This document shows, one piece after another, positions 52,643-64,000 of a DNA stretch of 64,000 nt (within the stretch, counting starts at the first letter, position 1; the number at the start of each line of letters is the position of its first letter). The notes under the pieces were generated by a model. The model was not told where the DNA came from, made no database searches, and saw only the letters and a list, made by a program, of their open reading frames with translations. The DNA comes from Antedon mediterranea (taxonomy: Eukaryota; Animalia; Echinodermata): NCBI RefSeq assembly GCF_964355755.1, contig NC_092676.1, forward strand, positions 10,393,888 to 10,457,887, in the 5' to 3' direction. Position numbers and translations under genes: made by a program.

Positions 52643-52687
52643 TTGCACTGATGAAGGGCTATAAGTGTTGCCCGAAAGCTCTGCTAA
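52643..52687 (+). ncRNA. Minimal type I hammerhead ribozyme in a Penelope pLTR (pLTR ~52621-52826)
   Basis: GCA-CTGATGA-A-GGGC(loop)GCCC-GAAA-GCTC-TGC, with a palindromic AGCT in place of stem III. Confidence 0.8.
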
Positions 52688-52829
52688 CTTTTCTGGCTGT
52701 TTACTTTATCGTTTTGATTTAGCTTTTCACTTTTTATTTTTGTATCTCCATTGAGATCCAGCCACTGATACCCACAGCATTGTCATTTTTTTCAGTAATT
52801 TGCCTTTGGATTTATATATATATATTTAT

Positions 52830-55470
52830 ATAGATGCGTTGAGGCTGCAAACGTGCTCAATTGGAATCAAGAGCGAATATATATTTTTATAAAGTAGATG
52901 GAACACGGACGTCTATTACACAGTGTTTCACGTTAAACGATCTTCAGATAGACTGAACAATACCGTATCTCGATCGAAAAAAAAAAAAAAAAAAAATTAT
53001 AAATATATATAATTTTAATTTTTTTTATGTACTTTATGTAGATATGTAGTACTGTATCTATTAAAAAAGGTATTTGAACAAAATTAGAGATCTCAATGAG
53101 ATCCAAATTGACAATTGCCGCAAAATCCTCACTGAGTTTGACGTTGAAATTCACTCTAGAACTAAGAAGTTGAAAAGAGAACTTCCTATATCCTAGTTTC
53201 AAAACAAACTCAGGATTATCGCCAATGACTGCCGTAAACAATCAACGGTAATGGCCCGAAGGGAACATCACAAATTTGGTCTACCTGCAGACTTGGTCGG
53301 ATGACTTCAGGGCTTTTAGGAAACCCTGCAGAAGGTTCTTTGGGACATATAACAAGAATCAGAGCAACAACTCTGATTTAGTTGTTGAAATTAATTGTCG
53401 ACTTTCTGAAGGAGAGAAAAAACTTCTTTCCCGAGGACTTAAATTCTGCCCAAAACCAAGGCAGGTCCGCGCACAACAACTATCTTTGGATATAGAGTCT
53501 TTTTCTAGAAGATTACGATTACGTGAATATTTTGCTGATTCAGACAGCAGCACCACGCAAAACGAAGGCAACGTTAACAAATTTAAACCAAAAAGTTCCT
53601 GGAATCCACCTAAAAATCGTTGTCCAGCTTTAGAAACATTTATCCAGGCTATTGAGGAGGATGTACAAAACTACGTCCCGAGTCCAGATAAACGTGACAA
53701 TCTCTCAAAACAAGAGAGGCAGGCCATTGCCAAATTGCGTCAGCGTAATGATATCATCATTAAATCCGCTGATAAAGATTCTGCCACTGTTGCTATGGAC
53801 ATCAAATTTTATTAAGAGGAATCCTTAAAACAGCTTCATTATATATCGTAAACTCACAACGGAACCCACCCCGGAAATTGCGGATAAGGTGGCCAAATCT
53901 GTTTCTGTGATGGTAAAAAGACACTCCATCGATCCTAAGATTTACAGTTACCAAATCCACTAGTAGCGTTGATTTTGTGGACACTATAGTGACCATAAAA
54001 AATGGTACTCTCAAAACTGACCTATTCCATCAACCCACTGATAAAAATATGTACCTGCTCCCTAGCAGTTTTCATCCCCAACACTGTACTAAAAACATAC
54101 TGAACAGTAAAGCATTACGTATCAGACGTATCTGTTCTTCAGATTTAGATTTTCAGAATCGTACCGAAGAACTAACCGGACATCTCCGGAATGAATAATT
54201 GTCTAACCAAAAACGTCATTTATCTCATATACTGTAATATTTGTGGAAACAGTACGTCGGAGAAACAAAAAACACTCTCCGTATGAGAATGACACAACAC
54301 AGATCAGCTATCAAAACATTAAAGCTTGTTCAACCTGTAGCTGAGCATTTTAATTCAGCTGGTCACTCGATAACAAATTTCAGAGTTATTGCAATATTCC
54401 TAGTCTGGGTTCCAGACGGAGTTTTGTCTTAATATTAGTTAAAAGATAAATATTTTGGCACATATGGCGTTTCATACGTATACTACTTGATTTTGGATAC
54501 TCCGTCTGGGGAAACACGCACAAGTCACGTGGTTTGACACCAAGAATTCTTGGTGCATACGATTATCCGGTTGACTAGTTTCAGCTTCATGCGATTGGCT
54601 ACTCACTCGTACACCGTTTAAATATTCATATTTCAGAATTTCAAAGACTCAACAACTAAGATGATGCGCATGCGCTATGTTACGTTTAGACAATGTGTAC
54701 TTGGGTACATTTATGAAAGTTCTGAAGGCTAGAAATTATTTTATATGCCTAGTAGTCTGGTAAACATTTGATGGGATCTTTGAAACATGAAAACTCGTTT
54801 TGATATAATGATAGGCTAGCTTCTCCGCAAATCAAACATTGAATGGATCATTTATTACGCGGAGATAATTTTGATTTAATTCCCACCCAGACCCTGTCCT
54901 GTTCTGTGTGGTGGTGTAGCCCTGTTGTGTGCCGGTGTGGTATGTAGGCTAGGCCTACTTCATTGGCGTTTTATTTGGCAGGTCATACGTGCGAGTTGAG
55001 TAGGACCTACGAAAGAGGCCTAGGCCAAGGACTAAACAATTAATAAACAAAACAACTTGGCATTACTATTTTATATTTCAACAGTCTCGATACATTAAGC
55101 ACTGTAGGCCTACGTACTTGGATCTCTTTCATTTTGAAACAAAATGATCATTGGTTGATTCGAAATCCATATTTACATACCGCCCGCCCCATATAGCCAA
55201 ATACGGTATGATAACCTACGTCATTCTTATCGTATGTTTGCGGTCTGCAAATCGATTTCTATACGTGTTTCACAAGTCTGTATTTTCAGACAAAAATCGC
55301 GGTCGAAATAAAAAAAAAATAATAAAAAAAAAAAGATAATACAGACTTGGGGCAAGTCTACAATATTCCATGTGTCAAATGGAGCGACAAAACTCGCAAA
55401 GACAAGGAAAACCACTGGGAATTACAACTTAAAACCACAAAACCTTTTGTACTTAACATTAGAAACATAC
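52830..55470 (+). pseudogene. Degenerate Penelope-like element (RT fragments + GIY-YIG), interrupted by 54401-55360
   Basis: LLSRGLKFCPKP, DNLSKQERQAI..IIIKSADK, TDLFHQPTD..HPQH..KALRIRRICS, QYVGETKN..PVAEHF. Resumes after 55369 as RKDKENHWELQLKT..LNIR. Confidence 0.85.
54401..55360 (+). mobile_element. Non-autonomous AcademH-type DNA transposon, copy 2, with 9-bp TSD
   Basis: TAG..CTA termini, perfect TSD CAATATTCC (54392-54400, 55361-55369), and short terminal palindromes. Confidence 0.85.
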
Positions 55471-55540
55471 TCCCAGGTTGGTAAAATTATTCCACTGTCT
55501 ACCAAAATTTAAGTTTCAATATTAACCACCATTTAATCTG

Positions 55541-55620
55541 ATTTTAGTCGGTCAGTCTGTCTGTCGGTCCGGTATCACTTATGCGTTTTAGCACGCGACT
55601 TATGGCTGTTGGCCTTGTTT
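55541..55620 (+). mobile_element. Short HINE/DINE-1-like fragment
   Basis: TTTTAGTCG start, GTCT/GTCG microsatellite, and CACGCGACT..GGCCTTGTTT end. Confidence 0.35.
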
Positions 55621-55740
55621 AATTTCATTCCAAAATTGTTTATACTGTATCTCTACCAAGCTACCTTCTTTGTTTTCTACTCTTATTCAGACTCCACCCT
55701 GTCTCCTTTTGTTGTATTTCTTTTATTCCTGTCCACCCAA

Positions 55741-55920
55741 TGATGAAGGGCTAGTGTTGCCCGAAAGCTCTGCTAACGTTTCTGGCTGTTTTACTTTATC
55801 CTTTTGATTTAGCTTTTCACTTTTTTTTTGTATCTCCTTGAGATTCAGCCACTGATACCCACAGCGTTGTCATTTTTTCAGTTATTTGCCTTTGGATTTA
55901 TATATATATAAATATATATA
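55741..55920 (+). mobile_element. Third copy of the Penelope pLTR with hammerhead remnant
   Basis: TGATGAAGGGCTAGTGTTGCCCGAAAGCTC.. matches 52649-52826; ends in (TA)n. Confidence 0.8.
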
Positions 55921-57517
55921 GAGGATTAAGATTATAATTATACAGTATTTAAAATTACCAACTATTAATTAATCAAATCACTTTTGATTAAGTTACTACA
56001 ATCCTGAATTTGATTAAGGTGATTACTAAGCTTTCTCTTAAAATAGGTCGCAAGAGTTACAGACGAATGTATCTTTGACATTCAAAGGCAAGGAATTCCA
56101 GATCCTCACAATTCTAGCAGGAATGCTAAATTTACCCGAATCCGTATTTGTTTATATTTGGCTTATATAAGTTTGAAGTGAAACTATTTTTCCCTTTAAA
56201 ATGGTAATTGTTATTTTATCGTCATTGATGTGATATATTTTGTTTTGTGTTAGTTCGATTAAAGTTAAACTTTATTCAATTAAACATGTTGTTTTAGGTG
56301 TTTTTTTTTTTGCTGCTGGTGGTATCTACAATATCTAAGCTAGGCCGTACTTGGGGTAAAGGGGGTCTTTAGTCGAACTTTAGAGGGGTCTGCCAGGGCC
56401 AAGGCAGTGTACAGATAGTCTGTAATAAGTCATTTGGTATTGCTTACAATGTGGTAAATCATATAACATTGGTTGCTGGTGGTATCTACAATATCTAAGC
56501 TGGGCTAGTTGAGGGAATGGGGGTCTCTAGTCTAACTTTAGGGTGTCTGGCACTTGCGGTGCAGCAGAAAATTAGTCTGTTGTTATCCATTTAGTATTGT
56601 ATGAACACAACTTGTTCATTTGGCATTAATTTTGAGTGGTACCTCACTCATCTATGCTAACCCCATTTTATGCCCTCCCTCGGGGGGTCTGGCGGGCCTT
56701 TTGCAGCAGAGAAAAAGTCTGTCGTTTGTGATACTGTTATAAGGATGCCAATGGGCATCCCATGGTGGTAAAATTAGGTGGTATCTCTCTCATCTAACCT
56801 GTGCCAATTTTTTAGCACGTTTCACATTGACTTCAAGTGACCCCCAACACACTCAAATAGTCAGATATTGGTACCTAGCTTATCTAACCAAATGTCTCTG
56901 GGCTGCCGGTCTAATAGGCCTAGAGTAATAGTTGGCCTAAAGGCTGGTTTGATGTAAAGTAACAACAGTTCATAATCATATTCATATTGAGTTAACATAT
57001 TACTGTTGTGTAGACTACCCTAGTAGGCTACTGCCTAGTAGTAGCCTATCCCTAGACTAGCTAGCCTATATAAATAGGCCTAGTAGGGCCGGTCTGGAAC
57101 AAACAAACTCGAAACTTACCAAACAATGTTCAAAACCGTGGGTAGCAGGCGAGGCCTGAGGCAAGGTTTTCCGTTCCAAGTCGAAAACTTTACACACACC
57201 ACACCAGCTTCACATTGTTGATGGACGGCACCAAAGATAGACCTACTCATAGCTAGGCCTAGGGCCTGACCACCTCGGTTGGTATAAATACCTGTAGGCT
57301 AGGCCTCCTAAGAGCTACACACTCTTTGCAATAAAAATGGCGTGTCAATACTCGCACGTCACGAGAAGGGTGCGCGTGTGTGTGTTACAAAAAGCGCGCC
57401 GCCCCTTGATTGGCTAAAAAAATTGTCTGCAAACCCATATCATACATATTCATTAACTCGTTTAATAGATTTATATTCTATAGAATATAAATTAATTGTG
57501 TTTTAAGTTGAATTGAA

Positions 57518-57822
57518 ATATATATTTATACTGGGTAACCTCTTCAGTCAAAGACTGGTCTCCCAGAGGGCCCAGTTGGTGATCAGTGGCTGTGATGTAC
57601 TAATACACCGGGGTAACCCCCTACTCGTCTCGAAAGATGTACTAGGTTCTTTAAAGTGCACACGAGCTAGATGTGTATACTGGACCTACGGTTTATAGTC
57701 CTTATCCGAGAAGACTCGTTCTACCACCAGAACCATGGAGTGAGTGAGCCTCGAACCCATGCCGATGTTATGGCTACGTAATTACGGTTCCACTGTCTTA
57801 ACCGCTCGGCCACTCACTCACT
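57518..57822 (-). mobile_element. Full-length tRNA-derived Deu/Nin-type SINE
   Basis: A box TGGCCGAGCGG and B box GGTTCGAGGC; body nearly identical to 9169-9410. Confidence 0.88.
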
Positions 57823-57924
57823 CACTGAGTTGTGTTTTTGATTTTTTTAAAGATTAAAACTTTAACCGTGTAATCATTTTCCCCCGTGGCCATGCATTTT
57901 ACAAAACTGGCCACTTTTTAATAC

Positions 57925-58621
57925 AGTTTCTATAGAAGTCTATACAATGAGTACTTTTTAAGGCTCTATCAGTATCAATTTCATCTATAAAAATATAGAA
58001 ATTCATTTAGAACTGTATATAAAATAAAGAAAATATATATAAAATCTCTTTAGAAATTCTACAAAATATCTATAAGCATTTATAGAAACTCTCTACACAA
58101 TTTATATAAACCTCTATACAAAATCTACAACAACTCTATCAAAAAGTCAATCAGATGTCATAGAATAAATATAGAATCTTTAATGGCTATCATTATTATA
58201 CTTTTCAGGTAATTTTAGAATTTAATTTATAGATAGTTCTATAGACTAAATTTATATAAATTATATTGTACGTCAATTGCCGTCAGAATTTCCATAGATA
58301 AAACATTTTATACAAATTCTATAAATTCTTTAAAGAGAATTTCTAAATTAAAAAGTTTATAGAAATTCTATATATTATTCTTTATATAGAATGTCTATAG
58401 GTTAAAAAGTTTATAAAAATTCTATATATTCTCTATATAAAATTTCTTTAGATTAAAAAGTTTATAGAAATTCTATATATTCTCTATATAGATTCATTTC
58501 TTTAGAATGTATTTATATATAAATATCTATATAAAAACATGGTTCTATAAACATTTCTATGAACTCTATAAACACTCTATAGAATTTCTATAGAATTCTA
58601 TCAAGTATATTTTCCTACGGG
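57925..58621. mobile_element. Probable CACTA/CMC right terminus with subterminal TTCTATAGA repeats
   Basis: Dense direct and inverted CTATAGAA motifs ending in TATTTTCCTACGGG (CCCGTAGGAAAA on the minus strand). No partner end seen. Confidence 0.55.
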
Positions 58622-58816
58622 AAAGCAGAAAGAAAATGGAACGACGTTAAAGAAAAACTCCTTGATTCAATTATCTAAAAAGAAAAACAATCAATAAAAT
58701 TTAATTTAATTAAGAAATACACAAGAATAAACATAAACGTACGGTATACAGTATATTTTCTTGATTTAGATCAATTGTTAGTTTACCATCATTATTATAT
58801 TATTGTTTTCTAGGAG

Positions 58817-58913
58817 GCGCCCGAGTCCGGGATGACCGAGACGCAAGTGGTGCTAGCCAGGATTTAAACTAGAACTATTAAAATAAACCTGGCTAGCGAC
58901 GAGGGCGTATCCC
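58817..58913 (+). other. Compact GC-rich structured element (three-way junction + pseudoknot); family unknown
   Basis: Pairings 58817-22/58903-08, 58825-27/58898-900, 58835-51 hairpin with GCAA loop, 58852-61/58888-97 and 58829-33/58909-13. Confidence 0.45.
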
Positions 58914-58970
58914 CATACTTCGGTTTGGGTTTAGCTTTGCAATATTTATTAAGTTTGTTATTTTATCATA

Positions 58971-60408
58971 TCTATATTATAAGTGAGAGAGTTTGTCTGT
59001 CTGTTTGTCTGTCTGTTTGTTTGTTTGTTCGTTATACAAAATGTTGTTACTGCACATAATCTTACATATGGGGTATCAATTGTACCGGGAATGTTCTAAG
59101 CTATATTTCAACATCATCCGCCACCTAGGATCCAAGTTAGGGACCAAAATGTGGTCAAAACCCCCACTTTCGATGTTTGTTCGTTATAAAAAATTTCTGT
59201 TTCTGCATGTAACCATACGTATGGGGTATCAAAATGATAGCAATTGTACCCGGAAGGTTTTAAACTACATTTAAAAAAATTCCCCCGACTCCTGGGGTTT
59301 TTGTGGGAGGGGTGGGGGCGGGGGGTGGTGTGGTGGTTTGTGATGTCATTTTTTGCTAGGGCTCGGGGTTGTAGGCTATCGAATTGTAAAATTATACTAC
59401 AAAAGTTTTACAGTATTTTAATTATCCTCAGCAAGGCGTTTGGGGAAATATAGATATAGATATTTTATTCATTAACCAATATGACACCTATTCAATTACA
59501 CATTTAGCAAAGTACTTTAACCATATCCAGCTATGTATCGGTCTCTTGAATTGTCTCATTACAGACATCCATACCTGTGTGAACATACACATGTTGTTTA
59601 CTGTTACTGTGTTCAACTACATCACCAATCCTCCAAGGAAAAAACGTCAATTGTGGGACAGTGGGATTGGGAGATAGGGTTTGGGGTTTGGGAGTTTGGG
59701 TTCAGGGGATAGTGGGGATTTCGCTTACACCAGAATTGTGGTTGGAAAATGTATTTAATCATCCCTGGGAAGCGGATGGGAGTTTGGGGTGGGGATGTAG
59801 GCCTATCACCATGACCGAAACTGTATTTGGAATGTTTTAAACTACATTTGGAAACTGCCACTGAGGGATTATGGGTTGGGAGTGATAATAACATAATTTG
59901 TACTGGAACCGGCTTCAACACATCACCCAGTGTATCTGGGGTGTGTTTGTAGGGGGAGGAGGAGCGAAAATACTAGCGTAATGAAGTAGCCTATATGATT
60001 GTATTGTACTAGAAAAAGTTACTAAATTTGAACTGTCCAGGGGAGGAGTTAAGGTTTGTTGATGGTGGCTGGGTTGGTGAAAGGAGAAAGAAGGCTGGGG
60101 GACCGCAGTATCTAAATTACATATTTTAATTATCAGCCAATATGACACCTATTCATTTACACAATTTACAACGTACTTCAACCATTATTAGACCCATCGT
60201 AGCTATGCATACTCCTCTCAATTCGAAGCTTAGGTTGAATTGAATTTGTCCATCACTGGGAAGAATTTGTTTTTAAGAAAGAGTCTGGGGTATTATTGAA
60301 GAGGGGTGGAGGTTGATGAGTATAGACAGATACTGGCGTCGGGTGTTATGTACTGAGAAGACTGTAAACTAATTTTGACACCCGCCCTGGGGCGGGTATA
60401 ATTGCTAG
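58971..60408 (+). mobile_element. Non-autonomous Helitron
   Basis: A|TC 5' end followed by a GTCT/GTTT microsatellite; 3' hairpin ACCCGCCC-TG-GGGCGGGT, then CTAG|T; no TSD. Confidence 0.85.
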
Positions 60409-61255
60409 TAAATAATAAAAGCAATATTATGTTCAAAATGTAAAACTATACAATTTTATAAAAGTATTCAAACAAAACATAATCTTATAATGCAATATAC
60501 CATTTTATCATATACATAATACAGTATATTTATATTATATCGAATCTCTTTTTAATACTGAATATCAATCTTTATATCGTTTTAGCTGTGTAATATAAAT
60601 TTTCTCTGTATACATGTTTGTTTTATCTAGATTTCAACACAATATCAAAATATTTTATATAATCTTTTAACCTCTGTCTGTGTAATATCACTTAAATATT
60701 CATTGATAAATAGATAGATAGACATATAATATACTGTAACCTTCACCATATTGTTTATCATTGCAGTAAAAGTGGGTTGCCCCCACAAAAGAGAGAGAAA
60801 AAAAAGATCAATTTAAAGTAATATATGTTAGCTTAGTGTAATATCTGAAGATAATTTTTTCAGTGATTTGCCTAGGCCTTATGTGAAACTGAACATATTT
60901 TTCAGAACTTGAATTTTCAAATGTTTCAGAATTTGAAGACTACCTCTCCGTTGCGGATGATGGACGATGTGAGTACATAAGATTTAATTTGTTATAATTT
61001 GATGTCTCTTCTTCATATAAAGTTGCAATCTTTAATATATTTTTTAAAGGAAGCTTCCGTTATATATTTAATAAAAATGATTGAAAAACGCTTAAAATGT
61101 AAAAATCATTAATGTGTGTTGTGCTAATTAACTGTTGTTAATGGGTCATCTAAAAATTAGAAGTGTGATATGTTCGAGCAAACTTACCATCATATCTACT
61201 AGTGTAGTATGTTGCACAAGCGTCGTGTATTTCAGCGTTAAAGGTATATAACTGG

Positions 61256-62352
61256 GGGTGTCACGAAACCTAAGACCACGAAAGCTAAGACCCCTTAAGA
61301 CCTAAGATCACGAAAGCTAAGACCCAAGACCTAAGATTACAAATTCTAAGATATACTACAGCTTAAAAACAATACTTGTTTATCCATACATAATTTTAAA
61401 CACAGTAGGTTTCATTTATTACCATAAATATAATTAAATACTACCGCAAAACATAGATAAACTCACATTATTTTCGCCCGTTGAGTAAATGTATAGTTTT
61501 TCTTTACAACAAACAAACTTGACGGGTTGTTTGTTGGTATATATTTACTCCATTGTGTTGGTTCAGAGAATGTTTTTCTTACGCACCTGCCTTTCTTGTA
61601 TTTTGACTCCAAATTTGTTGACTAACTTTATCCTGAATACCACACTTTAAAATTAGGATTTATAAGTACTTTCAGAAGGAGAAACACATAAAAACAAATA
61701 AATAAATCCTTTAAATTGATGATTTTTAACAGACATGTTTCTTTGTATACTCATAGAGATAACTCCTCGAGCTCCCCCCATGCTCAATGTTTTTGTTTCT
61801 ATGAAGCGCCAAAAGAGCAACATATAGTACAAGTATAAAAACAGAAAGAAAACGAAACAAAAAAACTTATTATCATGATTTTTAAATTAAAATTTATTTG
61901 CCAGTATTTCTTTCTTTGTACTTGCATGATATACTATTATCATTACAATTTTAATTTTACATTGTTCCATCCACACTGTAGATGGACTCCACAGAGTTTT
62001 CAGCCCTCTATATAATTTTTGCTTTTTTGACATTCCATAGAAACAAAAACATTGAACAGGGGTAGGCCTACTGTACTCTGTAGGCTAGTCATGCGAAATT
62101 CGCAAACAGTTTGTGTGCGAGAAAAACGTCTGTAAAATCATCAATTTCAAATTGTATTTGTTACTTTTTATGTGATTCTTTTTCATAAAAGTGCCAATTC
62201 TAAGGTGTGGTATTCAGAATAAATGTTGGGAGTTAAAATACAAGGCAGGTGCGAAAGATAAATATTTGTAATCTTAGGTCTTGGGTCTTAGCTTTCGTGA
62301 TCTTAGGTCTTAGGGGGTCTTAGCTTTCGTGGTCTTAGGTTTCGTGACACCC
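61256..62352. mobile_element. MULE-type MITE with long diverged inverted arms
   Basis: TIR GGGTGTCACGAAACCTAAGACCACGAAAGCTAAGACCCC, TSD ATATAACTGG (61246-61255, 62353-62362). Inner arms remain alignable to about 61820/62020. Confidence 0.9.
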
Positions 62353-64000
62353 ATATAACTGGCCATGTTGATGTTCCTGGTATATCTTCAGTAGAATTTA
62401 TCCAATTACAAGTGTGTCATTTGGAGAAGAAACCATCCTAATCAAATAAAACTGCTCTACCATAATACACATAGTTTCATTCTTTTGTTATACCTGTAAA
62501 ATGAACCTGATTACCGCCCTTTCACATATTTCAGTTTAGCAAAAATCTGTTGTTTACACACATATGATGGGATACACAATATGTGTAAAGTCAGATCCAC
62601 TGAATAGATTGTTTCATTCTTAATGAAGGCGTACAAATACCAGCGGGGCAATGGCGGGAATCCCAATCGGTTTTTTTAAAAATTCAAGTCGGATCCCCAT
62701 GGGATTGTACTAATCCCAGCGGGAATCCCGACTATAAATCTTGGTGGGATCCCCGTTGGATTTTACGCAAATCCCAGCGGGATCCCACCGGAAATCCCGA
62801 TCGTTTTTTTCTATATAATTCAAGTGGGATGACGATAGGATTGTACGATAAAAATTGCAAGCGAGCAGTGTGGTATCATTAATTCTTGCAACTTCCTCGG
62901 TCCGTAATGGAAATTGATTAGTCAAACAGTTTTGGGGCGTGGAACTGAACGTGTCGCAGCCACAGATAAACCATTTGATCTCTGGAGGTCAGCATTATGA
63001 TCTTGTATTTTATGCTGTACATATCAGACTTTAGTGGGTTTGACGATTATCACTGTACGTTACAATTAAAGTTACCAGATTAGCATATACTGTAGTACTG
63101 TATTAGTAACAATTTGCTCAAAACAAGCAAATTGATTCTTACATACCAATTTTCTATTTTTTTTATTATTAACAAAAACTATGAAACTGTATTAGTAGTC
63201 ATAAAATAAACTGTTATTTAACACAATACTAATTTACATTATTTGCATACAATTTGCATATCTAAACTATTTATTTCCACTACCTCATCTATCGACAAAT
63301 CAAAGGATTTAGTACGGGACAGCCAACATACTAACACACAATTGATGAGAGTCTGTTTAGATAAGTGAAACTAGTGCTGTGTCTGAGCTTCTTAATACCC
63401 ATAAAGCAAGATAACCCACAGCAGGGACTCTTTCATTGCAAATAAATTTTTTCAAACATCATGACCAAAATCAAAAAATGGTTTATAGGGTTGTGCTCTA
63501 TTTGAATAAGCTTTGAGGGCCTGAAACACCCCTGTTCATCAATTGACACCAAAGATTATTTATGAAAGCTCTTAACCTTAGCTGCAGATTGCATATAAGA
63601 CGTTTTAGTTTTGTGTCTACAAGCTACATTTCAATTAAAATATAAACATTTATGACTTTAAATAAACAGCGGCCTCATTGAAGAAAATTGTCTAAACTCC
63701 ATGTACTATTTATTGCTTTGGCATGATGTGCCATCTTCAATTCTAAATATTGAATGTTGTTTTTAATAAAATCAATACAGTTAGTTGATATTCAGCTTGC
63801 CAAGTCCCATGGTTTCGTCACTATGAGCAGAGCATCAATCATCTATTTCTGCTTCATGGCCTTAAACACTCTGTCTGAAAGAGAATCCTATTAATGAATA
63901 ATATGATTTAGGTACAGCAGCCCGGGAGGAGGGGGGTGGAAGGGGAGATGCAGCCGACACTTCAAGACATGAGGCACTTGCGCTACCTGTTTTTCTAAAA

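Larger units (their letters stand above)
50270..56913. mobile_element. Second element of the same Academ family, a non-coding foldback whose centre is filled by Penelope elements
   Basis: Right end GTCTCTGGGCTGCCGGTCTA. Arms ~50290-51650 and ~55915-56790 are reverse complements. Left arm has about 4.5 tandem ~158-bp units (50553-51250). Confidence 0.85.

Noticed and set aside
57740-57822. tRNA gene
   Set aside because: The A and B boxes run straight into the SINE body shared with 9169-9420, so this is a SINE head.
59670-59800. Telomere-like or G-quadruplex tract
   Set aside because: These are short irregular G-runs inside the Helitron, with no regular TTAGGG array.
62640-62830. GGGAT/ATCCC-rich patch (similar patch at 29750-29855)
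   Set aside because: Probably MITE debris; no termini or TSD could be defined.

Overview
AT-rich, intron-containing animal DNA. The Gmr1-type LTR element and Deu/Nin-type SINE suggest a marine invertebrate deuterostome, possibly an echinoderm (inference). I found no intact host gene. The window is a nested pile of transposable elements: two spliced CACTA/EnSpm transposase relics; a young Gmr1-like Ty3/Gypsy element (gag-PR-IN-RT-RH order, SCAN-like capsid, tRNA-Leu PBS, GCGAG TSD) carrying a LINE and an Academ insertion; a large composite Academ element carrying a PHD-FLYWCH-MULE transposon and a Penelope cluster with minimal hammerhead ribozymes; two AcademH-type non-autonomous copies; further LINEs, SINEs, Harbinger and MULE MITEs, and a Helitron. 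The most unusual points are: (i) a 3.85-kb Academ foldback built from two copies of the transposase 3' end, inserted in the U3 of the Gypsy 3' LTR (Mu-killer-like hairpin geometry); (ii) a second Academ foldback with a LINE fragment captured in both arms; (iii) an unexplained ~100-nt three-way-junction/pseudoknot RNA-like fold at 58.8 kb; (iv) a cleanly spliced MULE transposase lacking only its catalytic-Glu segment. Coordinates were read by eye; boundaries without a TSD are approximate.
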